From Candidatus Cloacimonadales bacterium (GTDB taxonomy: Bacteria > Cloacimonadota > Cloacimonadia > Cloacimonadales > JAFGVF01), in assembly GCA_963678315.1 (NCBI GenBank), contig OY782781.1, positions 2,237,482-2,301,481 on the forward strand: a stretch of 64,000 nt of DNA. The letters run 5' to 3'. Position numbers and translations under genes: made by a program. Of this stretch, positions 1 to 11,250 are shown piece after piece. Position 1 is the first letter of the stretch; the number at the start of each line of letters is the position of its first letter. Under the pieces are notes generated by a model that was given only the letters and a program-made list of their open reading frames with translations, did not search any database and was not told the origin of the DNA.

Positions 1-1246
1 AGCCCTTATCAAGAATAACAGAACCTTTTGTGGTAAATTCAGCAATTCCTGCTTCAACCAAGACTTTTACATTCTCAAGTTTCATTGGAATCATTTGAGT
101 AGCAACAAATCTATTCCAGATAAGACTATACAACCTAAACTGTTCAGGTGTTAACGAAGCTTTTATTGATTCAGGAGTTTTATAAACATCGGTAGGTCTG
201 ATTGCTTCATGAGCATCTTGTGCTTTAGATTTAGTCTTATAATTACGAACTGTTGGATTAAGCTTTTCAGCTCCAAAACGTTCTTTAATTAAACTTCTAC
301 AAGATTCTTTCGCTTCATCAGCAATTCTTAGAGAGTCAGTTCTCATATAAGTTATCAAACCGCTATGCTCTCCATTAATAGAAATGCCTTCATACAATTC
401 TTGAGCTATTCTCATTGTTCTTTTAGGACTAAATTTAGATATTCTTGAAGCATCTTGTTGTAATGTAGAAGTTATATAAGGTGCAGGAGGATTAACACTC
501 TTTTTATTTTTAACTATATCCAAGAGTTTTGCTTGGGACTTTTGAATCCCTTCAACAATAGCAAGAGCTTCTTTTTCATTAGCAACTTTTTGCTTCTTAC
601 CGTTAATTTTGGTGAGTTCTCCTGAAAAATCAGCTAATTGGTCTTTCCAAAACTTTGCTGAAATCTTCCAATACTCTTCAGGAACAAAAGCATTTATTTC
701 TTCTTCTTTTTCACATATCAATCTAAGAGCAACAGACTGTACTCTACCAGCACTTAGTTCTTTAGCGATAACTTTCCAAAGAATAGGACTAACCTTATAG
801 CCAACTATTCTATCAAGAATTCTCCTCGCTTGTTGAGCATTAACTTTATCCATATCAATATTACCAGGATTTTTAATAGCTTCTCTAATAGCTTTTTTGG
901 TAATTTCATTAAAAGTAATTCTATGAACAGGCTTTCCTTTAATCTCTTTCTTTAGCAACTCTTGTAAATGCCATGCAATTGCTTCCCCTTCTCTATCATG
1001 GTCACTTGCTAAATATATTTCAGGTGCATCTTTAGCTTTGCTTTTTAACTCTTTTACTATCTTAGTCTTTGTTCTATCAGTTACATATCTTGCTTCAAAA
1101 TTCTTTTCTACATTGATACCTAAAGTTGTTTTAGGTAAATCTCTAATATGCCCCATTGAAGCAGCAATTGTATATTTATTATCTAAGAATTTACTTATTG
1201 TCTTTGCTTTGGCAGGTGACTCCACAATAATCAGTTTTTTAGCCAT
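1..1246 (-). CDS. topA: DNA topoisomerase I, N-terminal part (CDS runs off the window start)
   Basis: Own translation of the minus strand from ATG at 1246: MAKKLIIVESPAKAKTISKFL...ASMGHIRDLP...DHDREGEAIAWH, the classic TopA Toprim N-terminus. No stop before position 1, so absent from the ORF track. Confidence 0.9.
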   Translation of the reverse strand, partial: MAKKLIIVESPAKAKTISKFLDNKYTIAASMGHIRDLPKTTLGINVEKNFEARYVTDRTKTKIVKELKSKAKDAPEIYLASDHDREGEAIAWHLQELLKKEIKGKPVHRITFNEITKKAIREAIKNPGNIDMDKVNAQQARRILDRIVGYKVSPILWKVIAKELSAGRVQSVALRLICEKEEEINAFVPEEYWKISAKFWKDQLADFSGELTKINGKKQKVANEKEALAIVEGIQKSQAKLLDIVKNKKSVNPPAPYITSTLQQDASRISKFSPKRTMRIAQELYEGISINGEHSGLITYMRTDSLRIADEAKESCRSLIKERFGAEKLNPTVRNYKTKSKAQDAHEAIRPTDVYKTPESIKASLTPEQFRLYSLIWNRFVATQMIPMKLENVKVLVEAGIAEFTTKGSVILDKG

Positions 1247-1253
1247 TTTTCCT

Positions 1254-1685
1254 CTAGTGTTCGTATTTGAAAATACTATTTATATTTTTTCCATTATCTG
1301 TTAAAAGTGTTTCTATAAAGTCTTTCATTGAAGCTTGATCTACTTCTGCAAAATTAACCATAGTTATAATCTTATCCATTTTTAATTTTGAAACTGGTTG
1401 ATCTGTATTGAAATAAAGATGTAAACATAGTTGAAGTATCTTCTCTAAGCTAACATCATCTATAGAATTTATATTATACATATTCATCAGATACCCATAA
1501 GCTTTCACAGTCATTGCTCTTGATTCAATAATATCAAGTGTTCTATGGTATTTTTTCTTTACATCTTCCTTGGATATATGTTTCTTTACTAAGTCTATGA
1601 GTTGATCTTCTGTTAATCCATCAAGAAAATCTTCTTCAAATATATGCATCAAACTCTTCTTTAGTACATCCAAACTTTTCTTCAT
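1254..1685 (-). CDS. Hypothetical 143-aa protein between secA and topA
   Basis: ORF packed directly between secA stop and topA start on the same strand. No recognisable motif. Confidence 0.45.
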   Translation of the reverse strand: MKKSLDVLKKSLMHIFEEDFLDGLTEDQLIDLVKKHISKEDVKKKYHRTLDIIESRAMTVKAYGYLMNMYNINSIDDVSLEKILQLCLHLYFNTDQPVSKLKMDKIITMVNFAEVDQASMKDFIETLLTDNGKNINSIFKYEH

Positions 1686-4600
1686 TTATTCCTCATCTAA
1701 AACTTTTTTGCCACAACATTTCTTGTATTTTTTTCCACTACCACATGGGCAAGGGTCATTTCTACCTATCTTTTCAGCATTCACAATTGGCTTAGTTTTA
1801 GCTTGTGAATTAGGCATATTCATCTTAGGCATTTGCGGTTTATCTTGAGTTTCTACATTTGCTTGTTTTGAGTTGTTAAAAGAACTCATTTCATTATGCA
1901 TTGTATTAATTCTATCCATAACATCTTCTAAGTTTGCCTGAGTTACAAGAACTCTTGTAAATACTCTTTTAGCAACCTGTTCTTGAATCTCAAATATCAT
2001 GTTTTGGAAAACATTGAAACTCTCTTTTTTATATTCAATAAGAGGATCTTTGTTGCCATAAGCACGTAAGCTAATACCTTCTTGTAAAAGGTCCATCTCT
2101 CTTAAGTGTTCTCGCCAATTAGTATCAACTGTCTCTAGTAGACTACGTCTTTCTAATTCACGTTGGTTCTCTTCACCAACAATATCTTCTTTATTGTTAT
2201 AAGCTTTGAGTAGGCGTTCTTCAAACTCATTTCTGATAACATTTATATCTAAGTTATTTATATCAAAATTATCGATTTTAATTGGCACTCCAAAGTTAAC
2301 TCGAATCCAAGTTGCTATTTCATCAACCTCTTCTAATGTTGGATAACTTTCATTTTCAACAATTCTATCAATTACATTATTGATTGAATCTGTAATCATA
2401 TTAAGAATCTCATTCTTAAGATCATAACCTTGTAGAACATTATTGCGATATTGATAAATGATTTCACGTTGTGACGTCATTACCTCATCATATTTAATTA
2501 ATCTTTTTCTTATTTCAAAGTTATGTTCTTCAACTCTTTTTTGAGCTTTAGATACAGCTCTAGTCATCCAAGGATGCACGATTGCTTCATCTTCTCCTGC
2601 TCCAAGTTTAATCATCATTGGTGCAATTCTTTCAGAACCAAATAATCTCATCAAATCATCTTCTAATGATAAATAAAAGCGAGATGTACCCGGGTCACCT
2701 TGTCTACCAGCGCGACCTCTTAACTGTCTGTCGATTCTTCTACTTTCATGTCTTTCTGAACCTATAACATGTAGACCATCAATAGGTCCACCGTAAGGCA
2801 TATCATCAGTTACTTTAGTCGCTTCTTTTAAATATTCATCATGTTCTTTGGTTACTACACCGTGACCAAGCTTGATATCTGTACCACGACCAGCCATATT
2901 GGTAGCTATAGTTACAGCTCCTGCTTGACCTGCAGTAGAAACAATCTCTGCTTCTTGTTGATGATTCTTAGCATTTAACACACTGTGAGCAATCTTTCTT
3001 CTGCGAAGCATTCTGCTCAAAGATTCTGAGACATCCACACTTGTTGTTCCGACAAGTACAGGCTTATTCATGCTATGCCAATACTCAATTTCTTTTATAA
3101 TAGCTTTATATTTTTGATTCTTTGTAAGATAAATTAAATCTTCATGATCTAACCTTGTAATTTCAACATTAGTAGGAATCTCAACCACGGGGAGTTTATA
3201 AATTTCTATAAATTCGCCTTCTTCTGTAATAGCAGTACCAGTCATTCCTGCTAGTTTATCAAACTTACGGAAATAGTTTTGAAGTGTAATTGTAGCAAGA
3301 GTCTGAGAAGCTTTTTGAATCTTAACACGCTCTTTAGCTTCCAAAGCTTGGTGCATACCATCACTAAATCTTCTACCTGGCATAATACGCCCAGTGAATT
3401 CATCAACAATCATAACTTGATTTTCCATAACGACATAATCTTTTTCCTTTTCAAAAAGAGAATAAGCTTTTAGTAATTGCTTAATATTATGTTGTTTTTC
3501 ACTCTTATCCATGAATTCTTTGGTAACTCTATCCTTTTCCTGAAGCTTTTCTTCAGCAGATAAACCTTGGTTATTATCAACTTCTTGAAGCAATTCATCC
3601 AGAGTAGAAACGATAAAAAGATTCTCTTCAAATCTACCCATAACTTCTTGCCCTTTTTCAGAAAGTTCAACTGTATTAGATTTCTCATCAATACTGTAGA
3701 ATAACTCAGAATTAAGTTCATGCATCTTCTTATCTCTTAAAATAATTCCTTCAGCATCGTTACATAGTTTCTTAAGTTCTCCATCCTTCATGTACTTAGT
3801 GAATGCCTTTCCTTGAGGAGAAGCATGCTTCATAAGTAATAACTGTCTTCCTACTTCGTAACTATCAATTTTATCTTGATCTAATAGAGTCTTTACTTTT
3901 GTATTAATCTGCTTTATTTGTTCAGATTGCAATTGAAATAATCTTTCTATATGAGGTCGAATTGGTTCATAAAAGTTTTTATCATCATCAACAGAACCTG
4001 ATATAATAAGAGGAGTTCTAGCTTCATCAATAAGAATACTATCTACCTCATCAACTATAGCATAATAGAAATCTCTTTGTACAAGTTGTTCTTTATTAAC
4101 AGCCATATTATCACGAAGATAATCGAAACCAAACTCACTATTCATACCATAAGTAACATCATAACGATAGATCTCTTTTTTATCTTCGAATGACATGCCA
4201 TTAACAATACAGCCAACTCTCATGCCATGGAATTCAAAAATAGGAGTCATCCACTCAGCATCACGTTGAGCTAAGTAATCATTAACTGTAACAAGATGAG
4301 CTCCTTTTCCAATTAGTGCATTTAGAAAAAGTGGTAATGTAGCAACTAAAGTTTTACCTTCACCTGTAGCCATTTCAGCGATTTTACCTTGATGTAGTAC
4401 TATACCACCAATCATTTGTACATCATAAGGAACCATGTCCCATTCAACTTCATTGCCTCTAACAAGGTATTTATGTCCGACAAGTCTACGACAAGTATCT
4501 TTCACTATAGCAAAGACTTCTATCAATTTATTATCAAGAAGCTCTTGGACTTTTTCTTTTACTTCTTTACGCTTTTCATCTAATTTATTACTAAGAGAAT

Positions 4601-4844
4601 CCTTTTTACTCTCATCAGGTTCAGTAATATATTCTTCACGTTGTTTTTCTACTTCTGCAAAGTCCTTCTTAAGTTCTTCTTGAAGTTCACTTTTTATATT
4701 ATTGATTCTATCTTTTATTTGCTCATCAGTTTCAGATGCTAATGTTTCATAGATGTCATTGATATCGCTGATTATTGGATATATATTCTTTAAGAATTGC
4801 TCTTTTTTATCACCAAAAATCTTTTTCAATAGTTTTTCAAACAT
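1686..4844 (-). CDS. secA: Preprotein translocase ATPase SecA
   Basis: DEAD-like motor domain and C-terminal zinc finger [14 protein letters not shown]. The ORF track begins at a TTG (4871). The more likely start is ATG at 4844 ([11 protein letters not shown], the canonical SecA N-terminus). Confidence 0.95.
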   Translation of the reverse strand: MFEKLLKKIFGDKKEQFLKNIYPIISDINDIYETLASETDEQIKDRINNIKSELQEELKKDFAEVEKQREEYITEPDESKKDSLSNKLDEKRKEVKEKVQELLDNKLIEVFAIVKDTCRRLVGHKYLVRGNEVEWDMVPYDVQMIGGIVLHQGKIAEMATGEGKTLVATLPLFLNALIGKGAHLVTVNDYLAQRDAEWMTPIFEFHGMRVGCIVNGMSFEDKKEIYRYDVTYGMNSEFGFDYLRDNMAVNKEQLVQRDFYYAIVDEVDSILIDEARTPLIISGSVDDDKNFYEPIRPHIERLFQLQSEQIKQINTKVKTLLDQDKIDSYEVGRQLLLMKHASPQGKAFTKYMKDGELKKLCNDAEGIILRDKKMHELNSELFYSIDEKSNTVELSEKGQEVMGRFEENLFIVSTLDELLQEVDNNQGLSAEEKLQEKDRVTKEFMDKSEKQHNIKQLLKAYSLFEKEKDYVVMENQVMIVDEFTGRIMPGRRFSDGMHQALEAKERVKIQKASQTLATITLQNYFRKFDKLAGMTGTAITEEGEFIEIYKLPVVEIPTNVEITRLDHEDLIYLTKNQKYKAIIKEIEYWHSMNKPVLVGTTSVDVSESLSRMLRRRKIAHSVLNAKNHQQEAEIVSTAGQAGAVTIATNMAGRGTDIKLGHGVVTKEHDEYLKEATKVTDDMPYGGPIDGLHVIGSERHESRRIDRQLRGRAGRQGDPGTSRFYLSLEDDLMRLFGSERIAPMMIKLGAGEDEAIVHPWMTRAVSKAQKRVEEHNFEIRKRLIKYDEVMTSQREIIYQYRNNVLQGYDLKNEILNMITDSINNVIDRIVENESYPTLEEVDEIATWIRVNFGVPIKIDNFDINNLDINVIRNEFEERLLKAYNNKEDIVGEENQRELERRSLLETVDTNWREHLREMDLLQEGISLRAYGNKDPLIEYKKESFNVFQNMIFEIQEQVAKRVFTRVLVTQANLEDVMDRINTMHNEMSSFNNSKQANVETQDKPQMPKMNMPNSQAKTKPIVNAEKIGRNDPCPCGSGKKYKKCCGKKVLDEE

Positions 4845-5126
4845 ATTTATACCACTTTTTATTTTTATCAAGTCATAATCGTTATTTTTATCTTTTTGTC
4901 AAACTAATATTGATTAACATTTATATATTATTATATATAAACACTTTAAGAATTAACTGTCGCCAAAGCATTATCCCTAATTCGTCATGGTCAAAAGCTA
5001 TAATAAAAAAAATCTATACATTATATGCACTATAATAAGTCAGTATTTTTATATAAAAGAAAAGAGAGTTAAGGTATGTCCAAAACTCTCTATAATTATA
5101 GTGTAAATTATCAGTAGAAATATATT

Positions 5127-6407
5127 CTATTTCATAAATTCAACAAAGACATCAGTCACGTATTTATGGTCTAACGTTCCCATAGTCTCTCTAGTTGAAT
5201 GCATAGCAAACATTGCATTGCCTATATCAACAGTTTTGATACTCATTTGAGCAGAACTAACAGGTCCTATTGTTGAACCAGAAGGGATGTCTGAGCGGTT
5301 AATCATCTTTTGATAAGGTACTTTAACTTTTTCACATAATTCTATGAAATAAGAAGAACTTAAAGAGGTTGTAGCATATCTATAATTAGCACTTAATTTT
5401 ATTACTGGACCTTGATTAACTTCTGGAGCGAATGCACTATCATGCTTGCTCACATAGTTAGGATGTACAGCATGCGCTTGATCAGCAGAAATCTGGAATG
5501 ACTTGTTAATTGCAATAGAATGATCTTCACTATCTTCTTTCCAAGATAGACTAATTCTTTTAAGAATCATTTTCATAAATGTTGAATTAGCACCTTGTAA
5601 AGTTTGAGAACCTATCTCTTCATTATCAAAGAAAGCACCAACAACAGTTGAAGTGTTATCTTTAACATTTACAAGTGCACTTAAGATTGCATGACACATA
5701 CCTAAATCATCTATTCTGCCAGAAGAGATTAATTCATTATCAATACCATAAATCATAGCTTTTTCAAATGGAATAAAGAATAAATCATAATCAAGAATTT
5801 TATCTTTATCGATACTGAGTTCTTTAGCAATCATTGGTTCAAAGACTTCACTTTGCTTAGATACACCTAATAATACTGGTAGCTCAGTTTGCTTATTGAT
5901 TTCAATACCTTTATTTACGGTTCTATTTAAGTGAATAGCAAGATTTGGAATTATACCAATAGGCTTGTTAATAAACAAAGATTTTGATTCAATGTTTTCT
6001 TTATCATTCTTATAGGTTACACGTCCAGCTACACATAGTTCTCTATCAAACCATGTATTGATGATGGGACCGCCATATACTTCTACAAAAATCTTGTGAT
6101 AATTTTTATATTTTGTTTCTGAACCAACTTTTACTTTTAAAGCAGGGCTATCAGTATGTGCTCCAGAAATCTTATATCCTGTCTTAGAAGGATTTTCTTC
6201 ACCATTAACAAAAGCAATAACGGCAGAATCGTTTCTTACTACAAAATATTTTCCATTTGGTTTAAGTTGCCATTTTTGGTCTTCATAAAGTTTCTCAAAA
6301 CCATTGCTTTCTAATCTATTTACTATTTCTATTGTTGCTTGAAAAGCTGTTGGACTATTGTCTAAAAATACTTTTAGGTCTTCAGCTAATTCTTTTTGTT
6401 TAAACAT
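5127..6407 (-). CDS. M18-family aminopeptidase (aspartyl aminopeptidase-like)
   Basis: 426 aa with the GAHTDSP motif and metal-binding His/Asp/Glu layout of peptidase family M18. Confidence 0.75.
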   Translation of the reverse strand: MFKQKELAEDLKVFLDNSPTAFQATIEIVNRLESNGFEKLYEDQKWQLKPNGKYFVVRNDSAVIAFVNGEENPSKTGYKISGAHTDSPALKVKVGSETKYKNYHKIFVEVYGGPIINTWFDRELCVAGRVTYKNDKENIESKSLFINKPIGIIPNLAIHLNRTVNKGIEINKQTELPVLLGVSKQSEVFEPMIAKELSIDKDKILDYDLFFIPFEKAMIYGIDNELISSGRIDDLGMCHAILSALVNVKDNTSTVVGAFFDNEEIGSQTLQGANSTFMKMILKRISLSWKEDSEDHSIAINKSFQISADQAHAVHPNYVSKHDSAFAPEVNQGPVIKLSANYRYATTSLSSSYFIELCEKVKVPYQKMINRSDIPSGSTIGPVSSAQMSIKTVDIGNAMFAMHSTRETMGTLDHKYVTDVFVEFMK

Positions 6408-6559
6408 GATAACCTCATTTTATTTTATTTTCTTAACTTTATTTGATTGCATGCTAATTTGTAAAGTATTTTCTTAAACTCTTTTTATCTTATACTTTTT
6501 ACTAATTAACAAATAAATGTCACTTTTAGTTACAATACTAAAATAAATCTTGAATTTCA

Positions 6560-7213
6560 CTAAATTAAATTGAAGTTCATATATGGCACATCCTTGAGAT
6601 CTTCTATTTTGGGAACTAGGATAATATCATTGCAATTAGTTAGATGCTGAATTATCTCAATATTTTCTCTTATCATTTGAGAATCAATACCCTTACTATC
6701 AGACATAATGATATTTATTTTACTAATGTTACAAAATTGTAGAGCTTTTATAGACAAAATAGTGTGGTTTTGCGTACCTAAACCAGCGCGAGTAACTAAA
6801 ATCACTTCTGCATCTAATTCTTTAATTAAATCTATCATACAGTAATCTTTTGTTATTGGTACAAAGAGTCCGCCGGCACCTTCACAAATCAAGATTTCTG
6901 AATCATTAGCAGTTCTTTTAATTTTATTCACAAGCTCTTGAATATCTATAGAATAATTATCATCTTTAGCAGCATAATAAGGGGCTTTAGGATTAGTAAA
7001 TATTTTATAGCACTTTTTGGTTATGTTTCCATTAGACTTACCTAGAACTTTCAAAGCATCGCTATCTTCACTATAAACATTTTTGCAGCCGGTTTGTAAC
7101 GGCTTAAAATAATCTACATCTATATTGTTTTCTTCAAAGTAATGATAAAGCAATTTCGCTATAATGCTCTTCCCTACATCAGTATCTGTTCCTGTAATAA
7201 ATAGAATTCTCAT
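6560..7213 (-). CDS. bioD: Dethiobiotin synthetase
   Basis: N-terminal P-loop GTDTDVGKS, 217 aa, last gene of the bio operon, overlapping bioF by 4 nt. Confidence 0.85.
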   Translation of the reverse strand: MRILFITGTDTDVGKSIIAKLLYHYFEENNIDVDYFKPLQTGCKNVYSEDSDALKVLGKSNGNITKKCYKIFTNPKAPYYAAKDDNYSIDIQELVNKIKRTANDSEILICEGAGGLFVPITKDYCMIDLIKELDAEVILVTRAGLGTQNHTILSIKALQFCNISKINIIMSDSKGIDSQMIRENIEIIQHLTNCNDIILVPKIEDLKDVPYMNFNLI

Positions 7214-8322
7214 TTTAAGGCTTCCTTTAATGCTTTAATTAAAACATTTACATCTTCAGTCGTGTGATTTGAAGTTAAACTTATTCTAAGCATCGCTTTA
7301 TTATAATCAACAGTAGGATACTTTGCAGGGAGAACTAATATGTTACTCTTGTACAAACTTTCATACACTTGATTACATGACCTAATTGAATCCATTGGTA
7401 TGGATATAATTTGATGTTTACCTGTGTATTTAATAATGTATTTTTTTAAGGTATGTTTTGCATAGTCGACTATGCTAGCTAGTTTCTCTCTCTTGCAATC
7501 TTGCGAGTGAACATATTCAATTGTAGAATCAAGTGCATAGAAGTATTTTTCTGGGAGTGCAGTCGTATAGATTAATTCTTCAGCAAAATTTATTAAATAA
7601 TCTTTAACCACTTTGGGACATAAGAGGAATCCTCCAAAAAGTCCATAAGCTTTTCCAAAAGTACCAATTTTAATAACTGCTTTATTGGTAAGTCCTAAAC
7701 CATTTTGTCCTAAAACACCGACTGCATGGGCTTCATCTACAATAAATTTATGACTAGCTCTTAATAAATCAACGTCATTTACTGATTTCCCTGACATACT
7801 AAACAATGATTCCGTTACGATGTAGAAGTCTTCAAAAGACTTTGATTTCTTAAGTAAGCTTTGAATATCACAATGTCTATAGCTTCTAATTGTTGCTTCA
7901 CTTTGCTTTAATCCATTAACTATACTATTATGAGATTGCTTATCATAGAACACTTTATCTTTGTTAGAAAATAGATGCTTAAAAGTTGCAATATTTAATT
8001 GGTATCCTGAATTAAATAGTAAAGCTGACTCATAATTATACATTTCAGCTAACTTCTCTTCAATATCATTAATTATTGACAGATTCCCTGAAACAAGCCT
8101 TGATGCAGAACTTCCATAATTTCTATCTTTTGTAAGTTCATCTAAGTGACTCCTAAACTTCTTATCTGAAGTTAGACCTAAATAATCATTAGATGTGAAA
8201 TTTAAGTATCTTGTCTTTCCTATATACGCATATCTGTCAGAAGGTTTAGTAATTGTCTTTAGTTTTCTATATAGATATTGTTCTTGTCTACTTATTAAAG
8301 AATATTCTAAATGCTTAAACAT
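7210..8322 (-). CDS. bioF: 8-amino-7-oxononanoate synthase (class II PLP aminotransferase fold)
   Basis: 370 aa alpha-oxoamine synthase family in bio operon context. The start overlaps the upstream gene. Confidence 0.8.
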   Translation of the reverse strand: MFKHLEYSLISRQEQYLYRKLKTITKPSDRYAYIGKTRYLNFTSNDYLGLTSDKKFRSHLDELTKDRNYGSSASRLVSGNLSIINDIEEKLAEMYNYESALLFNSGYQLNIATFKHLFSNKDKVFYDKQSHNSIVNGLKQSEATIRSYRHCDIQSLLKKSKSFEDFYIVTESLFSMSGKSVNDVDLLRASHKFIVDEAHAVGVLGQNGLGLTNKAVIKIGTFGKAYGLFGGFLLCPKVVKDYLINFAEELIYTTALPEKYFYALDSTIEYVHSQDCKREKLASIVDYAKHTLKKYIIKYTGKHQIISIPMDSIRSCNQVYESLYKSNILVLPAKYPTVDYNKAMLRISLTSNHTTEDVNVLIKALKEALK

Positions 8323-8723
8323 TTGAACCTCTTATGCATAAGTATATTGCTTTTATTATATAGTCCTTCATTAATAAGACCTATATATATCATTGATTTT
8401 GTTGTTTGTTGATTGATAATTGTTGTCACTTCATATAAAATTGCATTTGCGACTATTTCTACTACTCTTGCAAAAGTAATAACTACAATATTACTTTCAA
8501 AATCATAATGAGGATATTGTAGCTCTTTTATTGATAATAGAAAAGCATGTTTATCAAAATTCATTAAATATCTCGCATGTATTCCAGCTGATTGAGCAAG
8601 GAATTCAATAAAATTAAAATCATTCCAATCTTTCATAAGATATTTTGTTTTAATTGATTGAACATCGCAAGATAGAATTTTATTAATCATTAATGAAGTT
8701 TCTAGATTCGTGTTAATTTTCAT
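8307..8723 (-). CDS. Small hotdog-like protein (possible acyl-ACP dehydratase/thioesterase) inside the bio operon
   Basis: 138 aa, translationally coupled (overlaps) with the KAS gene upstream and bioF downstream. The assignment is weak and rests on size and context only. Confidence 0.4.
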   Translation of the reverse strand: MKINTNLETSLMINKILSCDVQSIKTKYLMKDWNDFNFIEFLAQSAGIHARYLMNFDKHAFLLSIKELQYPHYDFESNIVVITFARVVEIVANAILYEVTTIINQQTTKSMIYIGLINEGLYNKSNILMHKRFKCLSI

Positions 8724-9891
8724 TTAAATGATACCTTATGATAACTACAGAATTTTGACCTCCAAAGCCCATACTATTAACAAGTATAGTAAACGATTTC
8801 TTTTCTTTACTTAATTTCATGTTTTTTTTGAGTATATTGAAATCATCAATTGATGACTGACTAAAATTCGATTTTGGTATAAAGCCCTTATCTAAACATG
8901 ATAGTAATAAACATAATTCAGTAAGACCTGAAGCTGCTGATAAATGACCAATAATACTCTTCATAGTCATAACAATAGGTTTATAATCTCCGAATATATT
9001 TTTAAGAACCTTCTTTTCAGCAAGATCATTTGCTTCTGTTCCTGTAGCATGGGCAAGCACTAAATCTATTTGACAAGAACTTAAGTCTGCTTGTCTCAGA
9101 GCGTTAATTATTGCTTGTGTTAATCCTTTACCTTCTGGATTAGGTGAAGTTAAAGAAAAGCAATCCATTGTCGAGGAATGAGCTATTAATTCAATCTTTG
9201 TTTTATTGTACTTCTTAGCAATTTCTTCATTTGCGATAATCATAGATGATCCACCTTCTCCAGGAATAAATCCAAAATCTTCTTGATGGTAAGGTTGATA
9301 TTGACTTCTTGTTAGTTTTAAAGCACCGATTGAATTATATGCGTCTAGTCCATTCCCAGTCAATCGACTATCTCCACAACTACACAATACATAAGCAGAC
9401 ATATTATACTTGATTCTATCGAATGAAGTTCCTAATGCTTGCAGAGATGCCGAACAAGCAGTTCCTAAGCTTATACTCTCACCACAAATACCTGTTCTTT
9501 TTGCTATTACAGAAGCCGCAGTATTCGGTAAATATTGAAGAATCCATGCTTTCTTACTATTATCTGAATTAGCAATTGGAAAATTACCAAAGTTTGGTCC
9601 CGCTCCAACAATAATTGATCCATTTCCCAAGTGTATATATTCTTGATTAAGTCTCTTCCAAACAGAAAGAGCACTAGCTACAGAAAATAGAGCACCTCGA
9701 TTTAGATATCTTTTTTCTGGAAGTCTTTGGACAAAATCTTTATAGTTGAAACTTGTAATAGGAAATGTTCTAATAGAATCCTTTGATGTATAGATTGTTT
9801 GGTCAAAACATTCTAATGATGCTAATATCTCTTTACCATTATTTCCTATATGAGTTATTAATGAATAATCAAGGATAAATACTTTGTTCAT
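8713..9891 (-). CDS. Beta-ketoacyl-ACP synthase (KAS I/II-like) embedded in the bio operon
   Basis: 392 aa with the active-site Cys motif GTACSAS and thiolase fold signatures (MFACQ.., HATGT, GHLSAASG). Confidence 0.8.
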   Translation of the reverse strand: MNKVFILDYSLITHIGNNGKEILASLECFDQTIYTSKDSIRTFPITSFNYKDFVQRLPEKRYLNRGALFSVASALSVWKRLNQEYIHLGNGSIIVGAGPNFGNFPIANSDNSKKAWILQYLPNTAASVIAKRTGICGESISLGTACSASLQALGTSFDRIKYNMSAYVLCSCGDSRLTGNGLDAYNSIGALKLTRSQYQPYHQEDFGFIPGEGGSSMIIANEEIAKKYNKTKIELIAHSSTMDCFSLTSPNPEGKGLTQAIINALRQADLSSCQIDLVLAHATGTEANDLAEKKVLKNIFGDYKPIVMTMKSIIGHLSAASGLTELCLLLSCLDKGFIPKSNFSQSSIDDFNILKKNMKLSKEKKSFTILVNSMGFGGQNSVVIIRYHLNEN

Positions 9892-10286
9892 ATCTGTCTT
9901 TGTTTTGCATAGATGTAATCAACAATATCTGATACTTTTAACACTGGTCCATTACTTATATCTTCAAGGATATCATTAATTCTTTCTTTGGACAAATGAG
10001 AGTATTTCTTTTCTAACTCAAAAAAAAGCTCTTTATTCTCTGATTTATATCTCACAATATCAGTCCTTAGATTTTTTAAGAAGATGATATCGGAGCTAAA
10101 AAAGGATGTGTTACTAGCTAAGGTAAACTCTTTTTTTATATCAATCGCTAACTCCATTAAGTCGATTGATTCAGCTTCTAGCTCTCTTATTATGTAAGTA
10201 TCACTGCTAATTACATTGATATCAATATCTAGTAAATCTGAGATAATTTCTTTGAGTTTTATATAAATTTCTTTTTTATTTAACAT
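9888..10286 (-). CDS. Acyl carrier protein-like protein with C-terminal extension
   Basis: The N-terminal ~80 aa resemble ACP, with an ELEAESIDLMELAIDI motif (phosphopantetheine Ser in DSL/ESI context). Total length is 132 aa, longer than canonical ACP. Confidence 0.6.
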   Translation of the reverse strand: MLNKKEIYIKLKEIISDLLDIDINVISSDTYIIRELEAESIDLMELAIDIKKEFTLASNTSFFSSDIIFLKNLRTDIVRYKSENKELFFELEKKYSHLSKERINDILEDISNGPVLKVSDIVDYIYAKQRQI

Positions 10287-11250
10287 TATTAAATCCTTTA
10301 TCTAAATTAATTATATTCCCATGCATTAACCAAGTTTCTTCCTTAAGAAATAGAGCCATAAATGATGTAATCTCTTCAATTCCTAAGACCTTGTCTTTAG
10401 ATAGACTGACTTGCATATCATTATATCGACCACTCTCTATATATGTTGGTCTAATAATAATTGACTTAACACCCTTTTTTCTGAGTTCATTGCCTAGTGC
10501 TAAGTATATGTTTTCTATAGCAGTTTTACTTGCTAGGTAGAATGATTGTCCTTGATTAAATCTATTTACTGCATTTGATGAGACGTAGATTAGCCTACCA
10601 AAGCGTTTTATTCTCATAATATTACTTACTTCTCTCAAAAGTATAATCTTATTTGTAACATTGATTCTTAGGTATTCTTCAATATCAGCATTTAAAGATG
10701 TAGTAATAAGACTTTCATATCTTGAATGCAAAAAATCAAAAACATAAGCAAATTCTTTATCTTTGAAATAATCAATATTACTCAAAGAATTAAGATCTAC
10801 CTTTATCCATTCTACATTCGTGTTTACTTTTAAAAGAGGCTTATTTTTATTATAGCTAGCAACAACTTTATACTTAGTTAAATCAATTTTATTTATAAGC
10901 TTTTGACCAAGTTCACAAGATCCACCTAGTATTAGTACTCTTGTTTTTAAGTATATGGACTTATAAAAATATATTTTTCCTTTTGCATAAACTTGTGTAT
11001 TGTCATAGAGAGTACAAGTAGCAAGTTCTTCTTTAATCTCTATTTTTGCGCTATATATCTTTGGTTTAGCAAATTTATAAAACTTAAACCTAGAGATATT
11101 TTTTATATGATTAGGCTCAATTTCATTCTTTATAAAATTTATAAATGAAGCTATAATCAATGATCCTGGAACTAAAGGATTACTTGGAAAATGCTCCTGG
11201 TATATTAAATCTTCTTCATTGAAGTGAAATGTACTCTTTAATTGAAACAC
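10276..11250 (-). CDS. Fusion protein: FabZ/FabA-like hotdog dehydratase (N-terminal) + SDR-family ketoreductase (C-terminal)
   Basis: The N-terminus has EHFPSNPLVPGSLI (the FabZ HFPxxPVxPG catalytic His motif). The C-terminus has a Rossmann ILGGSCELGQ and an SDR catalytic YLASK (YxxxK). Confidence 0.7.
   Translation of the reverse strand: MFQLKSTFHFNEEDLIYQEHFPSNPLVPGSLIIASFINFIKNEIEPNHIKNISRFKFYKFAKPKIYSAKIEIKEELATCTLYDNTQVYAKGKIYFYKSIYLKTRVLILGGSCELGQKLINKIDLTKYKVVASYNKNKPLLKVNTNVEWIKVDLNSLSNIDYFKDKEFAYVFDFLHSRYESLITTSLNADIEEYLRINVTNKIILLREVSNIMRIKRFGRLIYVSSNAVNRFNQGQSFYLASKTAIENIYLALGNELRKKGVKSIIIRPTYIESGRYNDMQVSLSKDKVLGIEEITSFMALFLKEETWLMHGNIINLDKGFNNVK

Noticed and set aside
4845-4871. 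ORF-track N-terminal extension of secA (TTG start at 4871). Similarly the GTG start of bioB at 13548 and the start of the flavoprotein gene at 30199.
   Set aside because: Canonical N-termini ([11 protein letters not shown] for SecA, MLDEF for BioB, MKFDVIVIGAG for the flavoprotein) begin at internal ATGs with better RBS spacing. The 30199 start would sit inside the upstream terminator hairpin.
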